A DNA stretch of 64,000 nucleotides, taken from NCBI GenBank assembly GCA_038087875.1, contig CM075999.1:434001-498000 (forward strand), given 5' to 3'. Below the pieces are notes generated by a model, which was given only the letters and a program-made list of their open reading frames with translations, was not told the DNA's origin and searched no databases. Origin of the DNA: Malacoraja senta. Lineage: Eukaryota. Position numbers and translations under genes: made by a program. This document shows positions 35,101-50,100 of this stretch, in pieces (positions within the stretch are counted from its first letter, which is position 1; every line of letters starts with the position of its first letter).

Positions 35101-38100
35101 AATCGTGGTACTCACAACATGCTAAATTGCTTATTCTATTTCCACAGTTCCAGTTCCAATCGAGGTAACAAATCCCATTGAATACAACGTGACTTTCATT
35201 GTTGACAATCTGTCTATTGACGAAATTCAAGCAAACCCTTCAGAAACAGAAACCATGATTGCAAATGAGGTGAGAGAGTTTACCAATTAGTTTTCTGCTG
35301 ATATGGTACTTATTTGTCCCCTTTTTATGTCTCATTCTAACACCATTTTTCTTGCCCTCAGCTCACAGACCTGTTTGAGAACAGCAGTATCAATGCAACA
35401 TTCTTAAAATGTGCTGTGAAATCATTCAGGTAACTTACAATATCTTTCTGATTAAATCATGAAAATTGCATTCCTTTGTCTCCAAATTGTTAATGCACAG
35501 TGATTCCAAATGGTAAAATGATATTCCCATAAACACATTTTCTACAAATATCAGTGCAAAGTCAATATAAATTCTAACAGAAAAAGACACAATGCAGAGA
35601 GACAGATGAACTCTGTCTTCAACCCTTGCAGCTGGCTGGTGATCATAGCAAGGGTAGGTGCCGGGATTCACCAGGAGGTGAAATGTGTGGGAAGGAATGG
35701 CAGATGTTGGTTTACACCGAAGATAGACACAAAATGCTGGAGTAACTCAGTGGGACAGGCAGCATCTCTGGAAAGAAGGATAGAAGGATGGGAAACATCT
35801 CCCATTCCTTCTATTCGGAGATGCTGCCTGTCCCGCTTCTATCTTCAGGATTCACCAGTAACGAGGCTTGAGTCAACCAAATAAGATAAAAAATCTTTCA
35901 ACTGAAGTCACGATTACAGTAATGGCGATTTCAGGGAAAAGAGCAATCTTCACAAAAGAAGTGAGATACTGACCACAACGGGTTATTAATTGGGGACGAT
36001 CAGCCATGATCACAATGAATGGCGGTGCTGGCTAGAAGGGCCGAATGGCCTCCTCCTTCACCTATTTTCTATGTTTCTATGTTTCTATGATGTGCTCGAG
36101 TATCTCAGCGGGTCCGTCGGCATATCTGGAGAACATGGCTTGGCAGAGTTTTGGGTTGGGCCCTTCTCAGACTGATTGCAGTCGGGGTGAGAAAGCTGCA
36201 AGAGAGGTGGAAAGGGGATGACAACGTGTGGCAAGTGATGCGAGGATATAAGTGATGGGGAGGGTGCAGTTGATTGGCAAATGGTTGCTGAAATCTCCAG
36301 AGATGAAAAGACAAAAGGTTCAATACAGGGAATTAGGCGTAGAAGTCAAATTAATTATGAAAGTTGATGAAGCATAGTGGAAGGGGAGAATGGAGGGAGG
36401 GGACGGGTGGAAGGGAAAGCAGAAAATGGGTGCATATTCAGGTGTAGCACAGGGAAGAGTCGGGGGAAATTGATGGGGAAGGGGGGCATTTGTAGGTTGA
36501 CACGTAAAATTGAACAACTCATTTTTCATACAGTTAGTTTGTAGGTCACGTAAAATTATTCATTTTGTTAGGCTCCAAACATACACATCAGATTATGAGG
36601 TGCTTTTCCTCCAGCTTAAATGTGGTCTCCCACTGGCTATCGATCAGGCTCGACACAGACACGTCGATATGGGAATGGGAAGGGGAGTTAAAATCTTTTG
36701 CAACCGGGAAACCCAGCAGACCTTGGTCGACCCTGCACCTGTGCGGAAAAAAATGGTCACCTAGACGATGCTGGGACTTGCCGATATAAAGGAGACCACA
36801 TCTAGAGCAGCAAATGCAGGAGATGGGTTTTGAGACTGGTGTGTGAATTTTAAGAATGAGGGGCACTCTCTCCTGGGTCAGTCTGGGTGAAGGGGATGCA
36901 AGAGCAGAAATATAGGAGACGTGGGTGAGGGATCCATCTGATACAGCACAGGGTAATCCACGTCTACTAAAAAAAGGACAAATCAGATGCCTAGAATGGG
37001 AAAGCATCATGGAATCAGATGCGACGGAGATGAATAAACTGAGTATTGGATTTCTCTGACAATTACTTCTACCGCTGTAAAAAGCCACAGCAACATTTCA
37101 GATGTGCTCTTTCTAACATTGCAACTACTTTGCACTAAATTATTTTTATAAATGTCTTTTGCTTTTTTGCAGAGAGGTCATGGCTAACAGCACCAGAGTG
37201 ACAGCTGATTGTTCATTCCAAAATGTATCCACCATGGAACCCATCAAGCAAGAAGTGGTTTATGATGTATTTAGAGAGAGGACCCATAACATTACTGCAC
37301 TGGGACAATATCCATTGCAAAGCGACAGCCTCCATGTAGAAGGTACTTATCAAAATAATCCTCAATTTTTTTCTATGTATTCTTTTACATGCAATCTACC
37401 GTAGATGTTGACGGAGTCACGTCCTTTGATAATTACATATTCAGATCCGGGAGGATCAGGTATGATGTCCGATGGGCTTTGGGAAAGTGAATCTTGAAGT
37501 CATTCATGAAAGTCATCCTGACTAACAGGAGGGAGAAATAGGCGCGAGTCCAGTTGGGTCACTGGAGAGGGAGGTGGGGTGGGGTGCGATTTGTCCGAGG
37601 ATACCTAAAATTGGAAAACTCAAAGTTCATACTGTTGAATGTAAACTGTCTTTGTTTGTTTCTTTGCTTCCAGGTTACACAATGCAGCCCGTTGTCATTG
37701 GTGAGTTTGGGCTTCCATTGAATTGTTTCGGGTTTCTTTGTTTATTCACTGCTTTCATGACTGATCCAGCACCCATATTCTGCAAGAATATTCGTTGAAA
37801 CTCGTGAAATGATGCCTTGCCCTTTGCTCACAAATACAATCTTGATTGAGAAATGAATGAATTGAAAACTTTCCTTGCTGTTCGCAAGGTATTTTTTAAC
37901 AAAAGCAATTTTGATACCGATTTCTCTGCCAAAGCTAGATACAATCCACAAATTTTCCAGTCGACATCTTGTGCAGAATTTCACTCAAATGTATCAAACA
38001 ATTGCCTCAGATCACATTTGTTTTTTTGTGGTGTTGCTCAACTGCGTCAAATTCCATTACAGGGAAACAGTTGTTAAACTATTGAAATATCGTGGTACTT

Positions 38101-41100
38101 GCAGCATGCTAAATTACTTCCTCTATTTCCACAGTTCCAGTCGAGGAATCAAATCCCACTACTTACAACGTGATGTTCATTGTTGACAGTCTGTCTATTG
38201 AAGAAATTCAAGACAACCCCTTACAAACAGCAACCATGATTACATCTGAGGTGAGAGAGTTTACAAGTTAGTTTACTGATGATGTTTTACTTCATCGTAC
38301 CCTTTTTATTTCTCATTCTGACTCAATTATTGTTACTGCCTTCAGCTCACCGACCTGTTCGAAAATAGCAGTATCAATACTACATTCTTGACATGTGTTG
38401 TGGAATCCTTCAGGTAACTCAAAATAACTTTCCTATTAAATGATAAAAAAAACCATCCTTTAATTTCCAATTGTTAACGCTCAATAATTCCAATTTGCAA
38501 ACGCATTAAACTCATAAGCAAATTTCCCACAAATATCACGTAGAATTAATATAAATTCTACCAGAAAAAAGCACCATGTACTGGAGTCTCCTGGTGAGTC
38601 AGGCAGCAAATCTGTAAACCCTGGCGAGGCAAAGTTTTGTAGTAGGGGGGTCCAGTCGTCAGTTTTTTGGTGACCTGCTACGACTATGACAGTCGCCGGC
38701 AGTCGCCGAAAATATCGCTTAAGTGGGACAGGCCCATATTGCTCTAAGCTACTCCTCGGAATATGAGGTGCTGTTCCTCCAGTTTAAGTGTGGCCTCACT
38801 CTGGAAATGGATGAGGCCCAGGACAGACAGTTCGGTTTGGGAAAGGAAAGGGGAGTTAAATTGTTTTTGAACCGGGATTTCCAGCAGACCTTGGCCGATT
38901 AGACGGGTTCGGCGAAAAAGTCACCAAGACACTGTTTGGTCTTGCTAACATATAGGACAACACATAAGGTGCATCAAATGCAGTAGCTGGTGTTAGTGAC
39001 AGGTGGGGTGTAAACTAAGGATGAGGGGAACTCTATCCTTGCTCCGTCTGGGTGAGAGTGATGTGAGAGCAGATCTAGAGGAGATTCGGGTAAGGGATCC
39101 ATATAAAACAGCCAAGGCTAATCTACTGTTACATTAGAAAGATTACATCTTGGATGTCCTAGAATGGGAAGTCACATCGTGGGTGAAGATGGGGCAGAGA
39201 CGGACAAATTGAGTCGGATTGCTCTGAACATTGCTTAGACACCAGTAATGAGCCACGGCAACATTTCAGCTGTGCTCTTGCTGGCACTTCAAACATCTTT
39301 GCACTAAATTATTTTGCACTAAATGTCTTTTGCTTTTTCGCAGAGAGGAAATGGTTAACAGCACCAGAGTGACAGCTAAATGTTCATTCCAAAACGTGTC
39401 CACCATGGAACCCATCAACCGAGAAGATGTTTATGATGTATTTAGGGAGAAGACCGATGACATTTCCTCACTGGGGCCATACGAACTGCAAAGCTACAGC
39501 CTCTATGTAGACGGTACTTGTCAAAATATTCCTTGGTGTTTCTCTTCATATTGTATTTGTGCAATCTACGGTAACTATTGATTTATAGTCAAGTTCCTTG
39601 GTATTTACATATTTAGATCAGGAACAACCAGGCATGATATCCTATAGGATCTGAGAAAGCAAACATTAAAATCAGTCACAGTCTTGCTCTTCGGAGCCTG
39701 CCTTTGCACAAACACACTGCCTCATTGGTATGACCTACTCTCAAAAGGGTTTACTTCCTGATAAATGTTCAAGGAGAGGTAAAAAAAATACCCCATTAAA
39801 AAGTTACATGCTTTTTTAGAAGAATTATTGTGCTAGTGTAACTCACGGATAAGGCAGCATCACTGGAGAACGTGAATGGGTGACATTTCAGCCCGAGATC
39901 CTTCTTCAGACTGATTGTGCGGTGGAGGGGGGAGAAGAAAGCTGGAAGAGAAGGGAGGCAGTACAAAGCAAGTCATTAATAGGTGAACACAGGTGAAGTA
40001 GAGTTTGGATACACAGAAGGTTGGACAAAGGCCAGAGACGAAAAAACATAAGGGGTCAGGGAAAAGGATTGTAGAGATGCAAATTTGAAGCCAGAAAAAG
40101 GAATGTAGATGGAGGGCAAGGGGAAGGAGTTTCATCGTGCGTGCCCAGGTGTTGTTGTGGTTGATGGGTTTTTAAAGGTTGCCTAAACTTGAACATTTAA
40201 AGTTCTACCTATATTTCTCTGTTTGTTTTCAGATTTCAATGTACAGCCCAATGTCAATGGTGAGTTTTTATCAAATGCATCAAACAATTGGCACATGTTA
40301 CATTTGTTCTTCTCCATCTATTGTATAAACTTTGTAGAAATCCAGTCCTGGGAAACAGTTTTTAAACTCTTTGAAAATCGTGGTACTCACAACATGCTAA
40401 ATTGCTTACTCTATTTCCACAGTTCCAGTTCCAATCGAGGTAACAAATCCCATTGAATACAACGTGACTTTCATTGTTGACAATCTGTCTATTGAAGAAA
40501 TTCAAGCAAACCCTTCAGAAACAGAAACCATGATTGCAAATGAGGTGAGAGAGATTACCAATTAGTTTACTGCTGATATGGTACTTATTTGTCCCCTTTT
40601 TATGTCTCATTCTAACACCATTTTTCTTGCCCTCAGCTCACAGACCTGTTTGAGAACAGCAGTATCAATGCAACATTCTTAAAATGTGCTGTGAAATCAT
40701 TCAGGTAACTTACAATATCTTTCTGATTAAATCATGAAAATTGCATTCCTTTGTCTCCAAATTGTTAATGCACAGTGATTCCAAATGGTAAAGATGATAT
40801 TCCCATAAACACATTTCCTACAAATATCAGTGCAAAGTCAATATAAATTCTAACAGAAAAAGACACGATGCAGAAAGACAGATGAACTCTGTCTTCAACC
40901 CTTGCAGCTGGCTGGTGATCATAGCAAGGGTAGGTGCCGGGATTCACCAGGAGGTGAAATGTGTGGGAAGGAATGGCAGATGTTGGTTTACACCGAAGAT
41001 AGACACAAAATGCTGGAGTAACTCAGTGGGACAGGCAGCATCTCTGGAAAGTAAGGATAGAAGGATGGGAAACATCTCCCATTCCTTCTATTCGGAGATG

Positions 41101-44100
41101 CTGCCTGTCCCGCTTCTATCTTCAGGATTCACCAGTAACCAGGCTTGAGTCGACCAAATAAGATAAAAAATCTTTCAACTGGTCACTATTACAGTAATGG
41201 CGATTTCAGGGAAAAGAGCAATCTTCACAAAAGAAGTGAGATACTGACCACAACGGGTTATTGATTGGGGACGATCAGCCGTGATCACAATGAATGGCGG
41301 TGCTGGCTAGAAGGGCCGAATGGCCTCCTCCTTCACCTATTTTCTATGTTTCTATGTTTCTATGATGTGCTCGAGTATCTCAGCGGGTCCGTCGGCATAT
41401 CTGGAGAACATGGCTTGGCAGAGTTTTGGGTTGGGCCCTTCTCAGACTGATTGCAGTCGGGGTGAGAAAGCTGCAAGAGAGGTGGAAAGGGGATGACAAC
41501 GTGTGGCAAGTGATGCGAGGATATAAGTGATGGGGAGGGTGCAGTTGATTGGCAAATGGTTGCTGAAATCTCCAGAGATGAAAAGACAAAAGGTTCAATA
41601 CAGGGAATTAGGCGTAGAAGTCAAATTAATTATGAAAGTTGAGGAAGCATAGTGGAAGGGGAGAATGGAGGGAGGGGACGGGTGGAAGGGAAAGCGGAAA
41701 ATGGGTGCATATTCAGGTGTAGCACAGGGAAGAGTCAGGGAAATTGATGGGGAAGGGGGGCATTTGTAGGTTGACATGTAAAATTGAACAACTCATTTTT
41801 CATACAGTTAGTTTGTAGGTCACGTAAAATTATTCATATTGTTAGGCTCCAAACATACACATCAGATTATGAGGTGCTTTTCCTCCAGCTTAAATGTGGT
41901 CTCCCACTGGCTATCGATCAGGCTCGACACAGACACGTCGACATGGGAATGGGAAGGGGAGTTAAAATCTTTTGCAACCGGGAAACCCAGCAGACCTTGG
42001 TCGACCCTGCACCTGTGCGGAAAAAAATGGTCACCTAGACGATGCTGGGACTTGCCGATATAAAGGAGACCACATCTAGAGCAGCAAATGCAGGAGATGG
42101 GTTTAGAGACTGGTGTGTGAATTTTAAGAATGAGGGGCACTCTCTCCTGGGTCAGTCTGGGTGAAGGGGATGCAAGAGCAGAAATATAGGAGACGTGGGT
42201 GAGGGATCCATCTGAGACAGCACAGGGTAATCCACATCTACTAAAAAAAGGACAAATCAGATGCCTAGAATGGGAAAGCATCATGGAATCAGATGCGACG
42301 GAGATGAATAAACTGAGTATTGGATTTCTCTGACAATTACTTCTACCGCTGTAAAAAGCCACAGCAACATTTCAGGTGTGCTCTTTCTAACATTGCAACT
42401 ACTTTGCACTAATTTCTTTTGATAAATGTCTTTTGCTTTTTTGCAGAGAGGTCATGGCTAACAGTACCAGAGTGACAGCTGATTGTTCATTCCAAAATAT
42501 ATCCACCATGGAACCCATCAAGCAAGAAGTGGTTTATGATGTATTTAGAGAGAGGACCCATAACATTACTGCACTGGGACAATATCCATTGCAAAGCGAC
42601 AGCCTCCATGTAGAAGGTACTTATCAAAATAATCCTCAATTTTTTTCTATGTATTCTTTTACATGCAATCTACCGTAGATGTTGATGGAGTCAAGTCCTT
42701 TGGTAATTACATATTCAGATCCGGGAGGATCAGGTATGATGTCCGATGGGCTTTGGGAAAGTGAATCTTGAAGTCATTCATGAAAGTCATCCTGACTAAC
42801 AGGAGGGAGAAATAGGCACGAGTCCAGTTGGGTCACCGGAGAGGGAGGTGGGGTGGGGTGCGATTTGTTCGAGGATACTTAAAATTGGAAAACTCAAAGT
42901 TCATACTGTTGGTTGTAAACTGTCTTTGTTTGTTTCTTTGCTTCCAGGTTACACAATGCAGCCCGTTGTCATTGGTGAGTTTGGTCTTCCATTGAATTGT
43001 TTCGGGTTTCTTTGGTTATTCACTGCTTTCATGACTCATCCAGCACCCATATTCTGCAAGAATATTCGTTGAAACTCGTGAAATGATGCCTTGCCCTTTG
43101 CTCACAAATACAATCTTGATTGAGAAATGAATGAATTGAAAACTTTCCTTGCTGTTCGCAAGGTATTTTTTAACAAAATCAATTTTGATACCGATTTCTC
43201 TGCCAAAGCTAGATACAATCCACAAATTTTCCAGTCGACATCTTGTGCAGAATTTCACTCAATTGTATCAAACAATTGCCTCAGATCACATTTGTTTTTT
43301 TGTGGTGTTGCTCAACTGCGTCAAATTCAATTACAGGGAAACAGTTGTTAAACTATTGAAATATCGTGGTACTTGCAGCATGCTAAATTACTTCCTCTAT
43401 TTCCACAGTTCCAGTCGAGGAATCAAATCCCACTACCTACAACGTGATGTTCATTGTTGACAGTCTGTCTATTGAAGAAATTCAAGACAACCCCTTACAA
43501 ACAGCAACCATGATTGCATCTGAGGTGAGAGAGTTTACAAGTTAGTTTACTGATGATGTTTTACTTCATCGTACCCTTTTTATTTCTCATTCTGACTCAA
43601 TTGTTGTTACTGCCTTCAGCTCACCGACCTGTTCGAAAATAGCAGTATCAATACTACATTCTTGACATGTGTTGTGGAATCCTTCAGGTAACTCAAAATA
43701 ACTTTCCTATTAAATGATAAAAAAAACATCCTTTAATTTCCAATTGTTAACGCTCAATAATTCCAATTTGCAAACGCATTAAACTCATAAGCAAATTTCC
43801 CACAAATATCACGTAGAATTAATATAAATTCTACCAGAAAAAAGCGCATTGTACTGGTGTCTCCTGGTGAGTTAGGCAGCAAATCTGTAAACCCTGGCGA
43901 GGCAAAGTTTTGTAGTAGGGGGGTCCAGTCGTCAGTTTTTTGGTGACCTGCTACGACTATGACAGTCGCCGACAGTCGCCGAAAATATCGCTTAAGTGGG
44001 ACAGGCCCATATTGCTCTAAGCTACTCCTCGGAATATGAGGTGCTGTTCCTCCAGTTTAAGTGTGGCCTCACTCTGGAAATGGATGAGGCCCAGGACAGG

Positions 44101-47100
44101 CAGTTCGGTTTGGGAAAGGAAAGGGGAGTTAAATTGTTTTTGAACTGGGATTTCCAGCAGACCTTGGCCGACTGCACGGGTTCGGCGAAAAAGTCACCTA
44201 GACACTGTTTGGTCTTGCTAACGTATAGGACACCACATAAGGTGCATCAAATGCAGTAGCTGGTGTTAGTGACAGGTGCGGTGTAAACTAAGGATGAGGG
44301 GAACTCTATCCTTGCTCCGTCTGGGTGAGAGTGATGTGAGAGCAGATCTAGAGGAGATTCGGGTAAGGGATCCATATAAAACAGCCAAGGCTAATCTACA
44401 GTTACATTAGAAAGATTACATCTTGGATGTCCTAGAATGGGAAGTCACATCATGGGTGAAGATGGGGCGGAGACGGACATATTGAGTCGGATTGCTCTGA
44501 ACATTGCTTAGACACCAGTAATGAGCCACGGCAACATTTCAGCTGTGCTCTTGCTAGCACTTCAAACATCTTTGCACTAAATTATTTTGCACTAAATGTC
44601 TTTTGCTTTATCGCAGAGAGGAAATGGTTAACAGCACCAGAGTGACAGCTAAATGTTCATTCCAAAACGTGTCCACCATGGAACCCATCAACCGAGAAGA
44701 TGTTTATGATGTATTTAGGGAGAAGACCGATGACATTTCCTCACTGGGGCCATACGAACTGCAAAGCTACAGCCTCTATGTAGACGGTACTTATCAAAAT
44801 ATTCCTTGGTGTTACTCTTCATATTGTATTTGTGCAATCTACGGTAACTATTGATTTATAGTCAAGTTCCTTGGTATTTACATATTTAGATCAGGAACAA
44901 CCAGGCATGATATCCTATAGGATCTGAGAAAGCAAACCTTAAAATCATTCACAGTCTTGCTCTTCGGAGCCTGCCTTTGCACAAACACACTGCCTCATTG
45001 GTATGACCCACTCTCAAAAGGGTTTTCTTCCTGATAAATGTTCAAGGAGAGGTAAAAAAAATACCCCATTAAAAAGTTACATTCTTTTTTTAGAAGAATT
45101 AAAGTGCTAGTGTAACTCAGCGGGTCAGGCAGCATCACTGGAGAACGTGAATGGGTGACATTTCAGCCTGAGATCCTTCTTCAGACTGATTGTGGGGTGG
45201 TAGGGGGAGAAGAAAGCTGGAAGAGAAGGGAGGCAGTACAAAGCAAGTCATTAATAGGTGAACACAGGTGAAGTAGAGTTTGGATACACAGAAGGTTGGA
45301 CAAAGGCCAGTGACGAAAAAACATAAGGGGTCAGGGAAAAGGATTGTAGAGATGCAAATTTGAAGCCAGAAAAAGGAATGTAGATGGAGGGCAAGGGGAA
45401 GGGTGCGTGCCCAGGTGTTGTTGTGGTTGATGGGTTTTTAAAGGTTGCCTAAACTTGAACATTTAAAGTTCTACCTATATTTCTCTGTTTGTTTTCAGAT
45501 TTCAATGTACAGCCCAATGTCAATGGTGAGTTTGTATCAAATGCATCAAACAATTGGCACATGTTACATTTGTTCTTCTCCATCTATTGTATAAACTTTG
45601 TAGAAATCCAGTCCTGGGAAACAGTTTTTAAACTCTTTGAAAATCGTGGTACTCACAACATGCTAAATTGCTTACTCTATTTCCACAGTTCCAGTTCCAA
45701 TCGAGGTAACAAATCCCATTGAATACAACGTGACTTTCATTGTTGACAATCTGTCTATTGAAGAAATTCAAGCAAACCCTTCAGAAACAGAAACCATGAT
45801 TGCAAATGAGGTGAGAGAGTTTACCAATTAGTTTTCTGCTGATATGGTACTTATTTGTCCCCTTTTTATGTCTCATTCTAACACCATTTTTCTTGCCCTC
45901 AGCTCACAGACCTGTTTGAGAACAGCAGTATCAATGCAACATTCTTAAAATGTGCTGTGAAATCATTCAGGTAACTTACAATATCTTTCTGATTAATCAT
46001 GAAAATTGCATTCCTTTGTCTCCAAATTGTTAATGCACAGTGATTCCAAATGGTAAAGATGATATTCCCATAAACACATTTCCTACAAATATCAGTGCAA
46101 AGTCAATATAAATTCTAACAGAAAAAGACACGATGCAGAGAGACAGATGAACTCTGTCTTCAACCCTTGCAGCTGGCTGGTGATCATAGCAAGGGTAGGT
46201 GCCAGGATTCACCAGGAGGTGAAATGTGTGGGAAGGAATGGCAGATGTTAGTTTACACCGAAGATAGACACAAAATGCTGGAGTAACTCAGTGGGACAGG
46301 CAGCATCTCTGGAAAGAAGGATAGAAGGATGGGAAACATCTCCCATTCCTTCTATTCGGAGATGCTGCCTGTCCCGCTTCTATCTTCAGGATTCACCAGT
46401 AACCAGGCTTGAGTCGACCGAATAAGATAAAAAATCTTTCAACTGAAGTCACTATTACAGTAATGGCGATTTCAGGGAAAAGAGCAATCTTCACAAAAGA
46501 AGTGAGATACTGACCACAACGGGTTATTGATTGGGGACGATCAGCCATGATCACAATGAATGGCGGTGCTGGCTAGAAGGGCCGAATGGCTTCCTCCTTC
46601 ACCTATTTTCTATGTTTCTATGTTTCTATGATGTGCTCGAGTATCTCAGCGGGTCCGTCGGCATATCTGGAGAACATGGCTTGGCAGTTTTGGGTTGGGC
46701 CCTTCTCAGACTGATTGCAGTCGGGGTGAGAAAGCTGCAAGAGAGGTGGAAAGGGGATGACAACGTGTGGCAAGTGATGCGAGGATATAAGTGATGGGGT
46801 GGGTGCAGTTGATTGGCAAATGGTTGCTGAAATCTCGAGAGATGAAAAGACAAAAGGTTCAATACAGGGAATTAGGCGTAGAAGTCAAATTAATTATGAA
46901 AGTTGAGGAAGCATAGTGGAAGGGGAGAATGGAGGGAGGAGACAGGTGGAAGGGAAAGCGGAAAATGGGTGCATATTCAGGTGTAGCACAGGGAAGAGTC
47001 GGGGAAATTGATGGGGAAGGGGGGCATTTGTAGGTTGACACGTAAAATTGAACAACTCATTTTTCATACAGTTAGTTTGTAGGTCACGTAAAATTATTCA

Positions 47101-50100
47101 TATTGTTAGGCTCCAAACATACACATCAGATTATGAGGTGCTTTTCCTCCAGCTTAAATGTGGTCTCCCACTGGCTATCGATCAGGCTCAACACAGACAC
47201 GTCGATATGGGAATGGGAAGGGGAGTTAAAATGTTTTGCAACCGGGAAACCCAGCAGACCTTGGTCGACCCTGCACCTGTGCGGAAAAAAATGTTCACCT
47301 AGACGATGCTGGGATATAAAGGAGACCACATCTAGAGCAGCAAATGCAGGAGATGGGTTTAGAGACTGGTGTGTGAATTTTAAGAATGAGGGGCACTCTC
47401 TCCTGGGTCTGTCTGGGTGAAGGGGATGCAAGAGCAGAAATATAGGAGACGTGGGTGAGGGATCCATCTGAGACAGCACAGGGTAATCCACGTCTACTAA
47501 AAAAAGGACATATCAGATGCATAGAATGGGAAAGCATCATGGAATCAGATGCGACGGAGATGAATAAACTGAGTATTGGATTTCTCTGACAATTACTTCT
47601 ACCGCTGTAAAAAGCCACAGCAACATTTCAGGTGTGCTCTTTCTAACATTGCAACTACTTTGCACTAAATTATTTTTATAAATGTCTTTTGCTTTTTTGC
47701 AGAGAGGTCATGGCTAACAGCACCAGAGTGACAGCTGATTGTTCATTCCAAAATGTATCCACCATGGAACCCATCAAGCAAGAAGTGGTTTATGATGTAT
47801 TTAGAGAGAGGACCCATAACATTACTGCACTGGGACAATATCCATTGCAAAGCGACAGCCTCCATGTAGAAGGTACTTATCAAAATAATCCTCAATTTTT
47901 TTCTATGTATTCTTTTACATGCAATCTACCGTAGATGTTGACGGAGTCACGTCCTTTGGTAATTACATATTCAGATCCGGGAGGATCAGGTATGATGTCC
48001 GATGGGCTTTGGGAAAGTGAATCTTGAAGTCATTCATGAAAGTCATCCTGACTAACAGGAGGGAGAAATAGGCACGAGTCCAGTTGGGTCACCGGAGAGG
48101 GAGGTGGGGTGGGGTGCGATTTGTCCGAGGATACCTAAAATTGGAAAACTCAAAGTTCATACTGTTGGTTGTAAACTGTCTTTGTTTGTTTCTTTGCTTC
48201 CAGGTTACACAATGCAGCCCGTTGTCATTGGTGAGTTTGGGCTTCCATTGAATTGTTTCGGGTTTCTTTGTTTATTCACTGCTTTCATGACTCATCCAGC
48301 ACCCATATTCTGCAAGAATATTCGTTGAAACTCGTGAAATGATGCCTTGCCCTTTGCTCACAAATACAATCTTGATTGAGAAATGAATGAATTGAAAACT
48401 TTCCTTGCTGTTCGCAAGGTATTTTTTAACAAAAGCAATTTTGATACCGATTTCTCTGCCAAAGCTAGATACAATCCACAAATTTTCCAGTCGACATCTT
48501 GTGCAGAATTTCGCTCAAATGTATCAAACAATTGCCTCAGATCACATTTGTTTTTTTGAGGTGTTGCTCAACTGCGTCAAATTCCATTACAGGGAAACAG
48601 TTGTTAAACTATTGAAATATCGTGGTACTTGCAGCATGCTAAATTACTTCCTCTATTTCCACAGTTCCAGTCGAGGAATCAAATCCCACTACTTACAACG
48701 TGATGTTCATTGTTGACAGTCTGTCTATTGAAGAAATTCAAGACAACCCCTCACAAACAGCAACCATGATTGCATCTGAGGTGAGAGAGTTTACAAGTTA
48801 GTTTACTGATGATGTTTTACTTCATCGTACCCTTTTTATTTCTCATTCTGACTCAATTATTGTTACTGCCTTCAGCTCACCGACCTGTTCGAAAATAGCA
48901 GTATCAACACTACATTCTTGACATGTGTTGTGGAATCCTTCAGGTAACTCAAAATAACTTTCCTATTAAATGATAAAAAACCCATCCTTTAATTTCCAAT
49001 TGTTAACGCTCAATAATTCCAATTTGCAAACGCATTAAACTCATAAGTAAATTTCCCACAAATATCACGTAGAATTAATATAAATTCTACCAGAAAAAAG
49101 CACATTGTACTGGAGTCTCCTGGTGAGTCAGGCAGCAAATCTGTAAACCCTGGCGAGGCAAAGTTTTGTAGTAGGGGGGTCCAGTCGTCAGTTTTTTGGT
49201 GACCTGCTACGACTATGACAGTCGCCGGCAGTCGCCGAAAATATCGCTTAAGTGGGACAGGCCCATATTGCTCTAAGCTACTCCTCGAAATATGAGGTGC
49301 TGTTCCTCCAGTTTAAGTGTGGCCTCACTCTGGAAATGGATGAGGCCCAGGACAGGCAGTTCGGTTTGGGAAAGGAAAGGGGAGTTAAATTGTTTTTGAA
49401 CTGGGATTTCCAGCAGACCTTGGCCGACTGCACGGGTTCGGCGAAAAAGTCACCTAGACACTGTTTGGTCTTGCTAACGTATAGGACACCACATAAGGTG
49501 CATCAAATGCAGTAGCTGGTGTTAGTGACAGGTGCGGTGTAAACTAAGGATGAGGGGAACTCTATCCTTGCTCCGTCTGGGTGAGAGTGATGTGAGAGCA
49601 GATCTAGAGGAGATTCGGGTAAGGGATCCATATAAAACAGCCAAGGCTAATCTACAGTTACATTAGAAAGATTACATCTTGGATGTCCTAGAATGGGAAG
49701 TCACATCATGGGTGAAGATGGGGCGGAGACGGACAAATTGAGTCGGATAGCTCCGAACATTGCTTAGACACCAGTAATGAGCCACGGCAACATTTCAGCT
49801 GTGCTCTTGCTAGCACTTCAAACATCTTTGCACTAAATTATTTTGCACTAAATGTCTTTTGCTTTATCGCAGAGAGGAAATGGTTAACAGCACCAGAGTG
49901 ACAGCTAAATGTTCATTCCAAAACGTGTCCACCATGGAACCCATCAACCGAGAAGATGTTTATGATGTATTTAGGGAGAAGACCGATGACATTTCCTCAC
50001 TGGGGCCATACGAACTGCAAAGCTACAGCCTCTATGTAGACGGTACTTATCAAAATATTCCTTGGTGTTACTCTTCATATTGTATTTGTGCAATCTACGG

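Noticed and set aside
36588-37088. 166-aa minus-strand ORF as a functional or domesticated GIY-YIG nuclease
   Set aside because: Key motif positions are decayed, paralogous copies are frameshifted (e.g. the 8-bp deletion at ~31506), there is no RT domain, and its recurrence is explained by array duplication.
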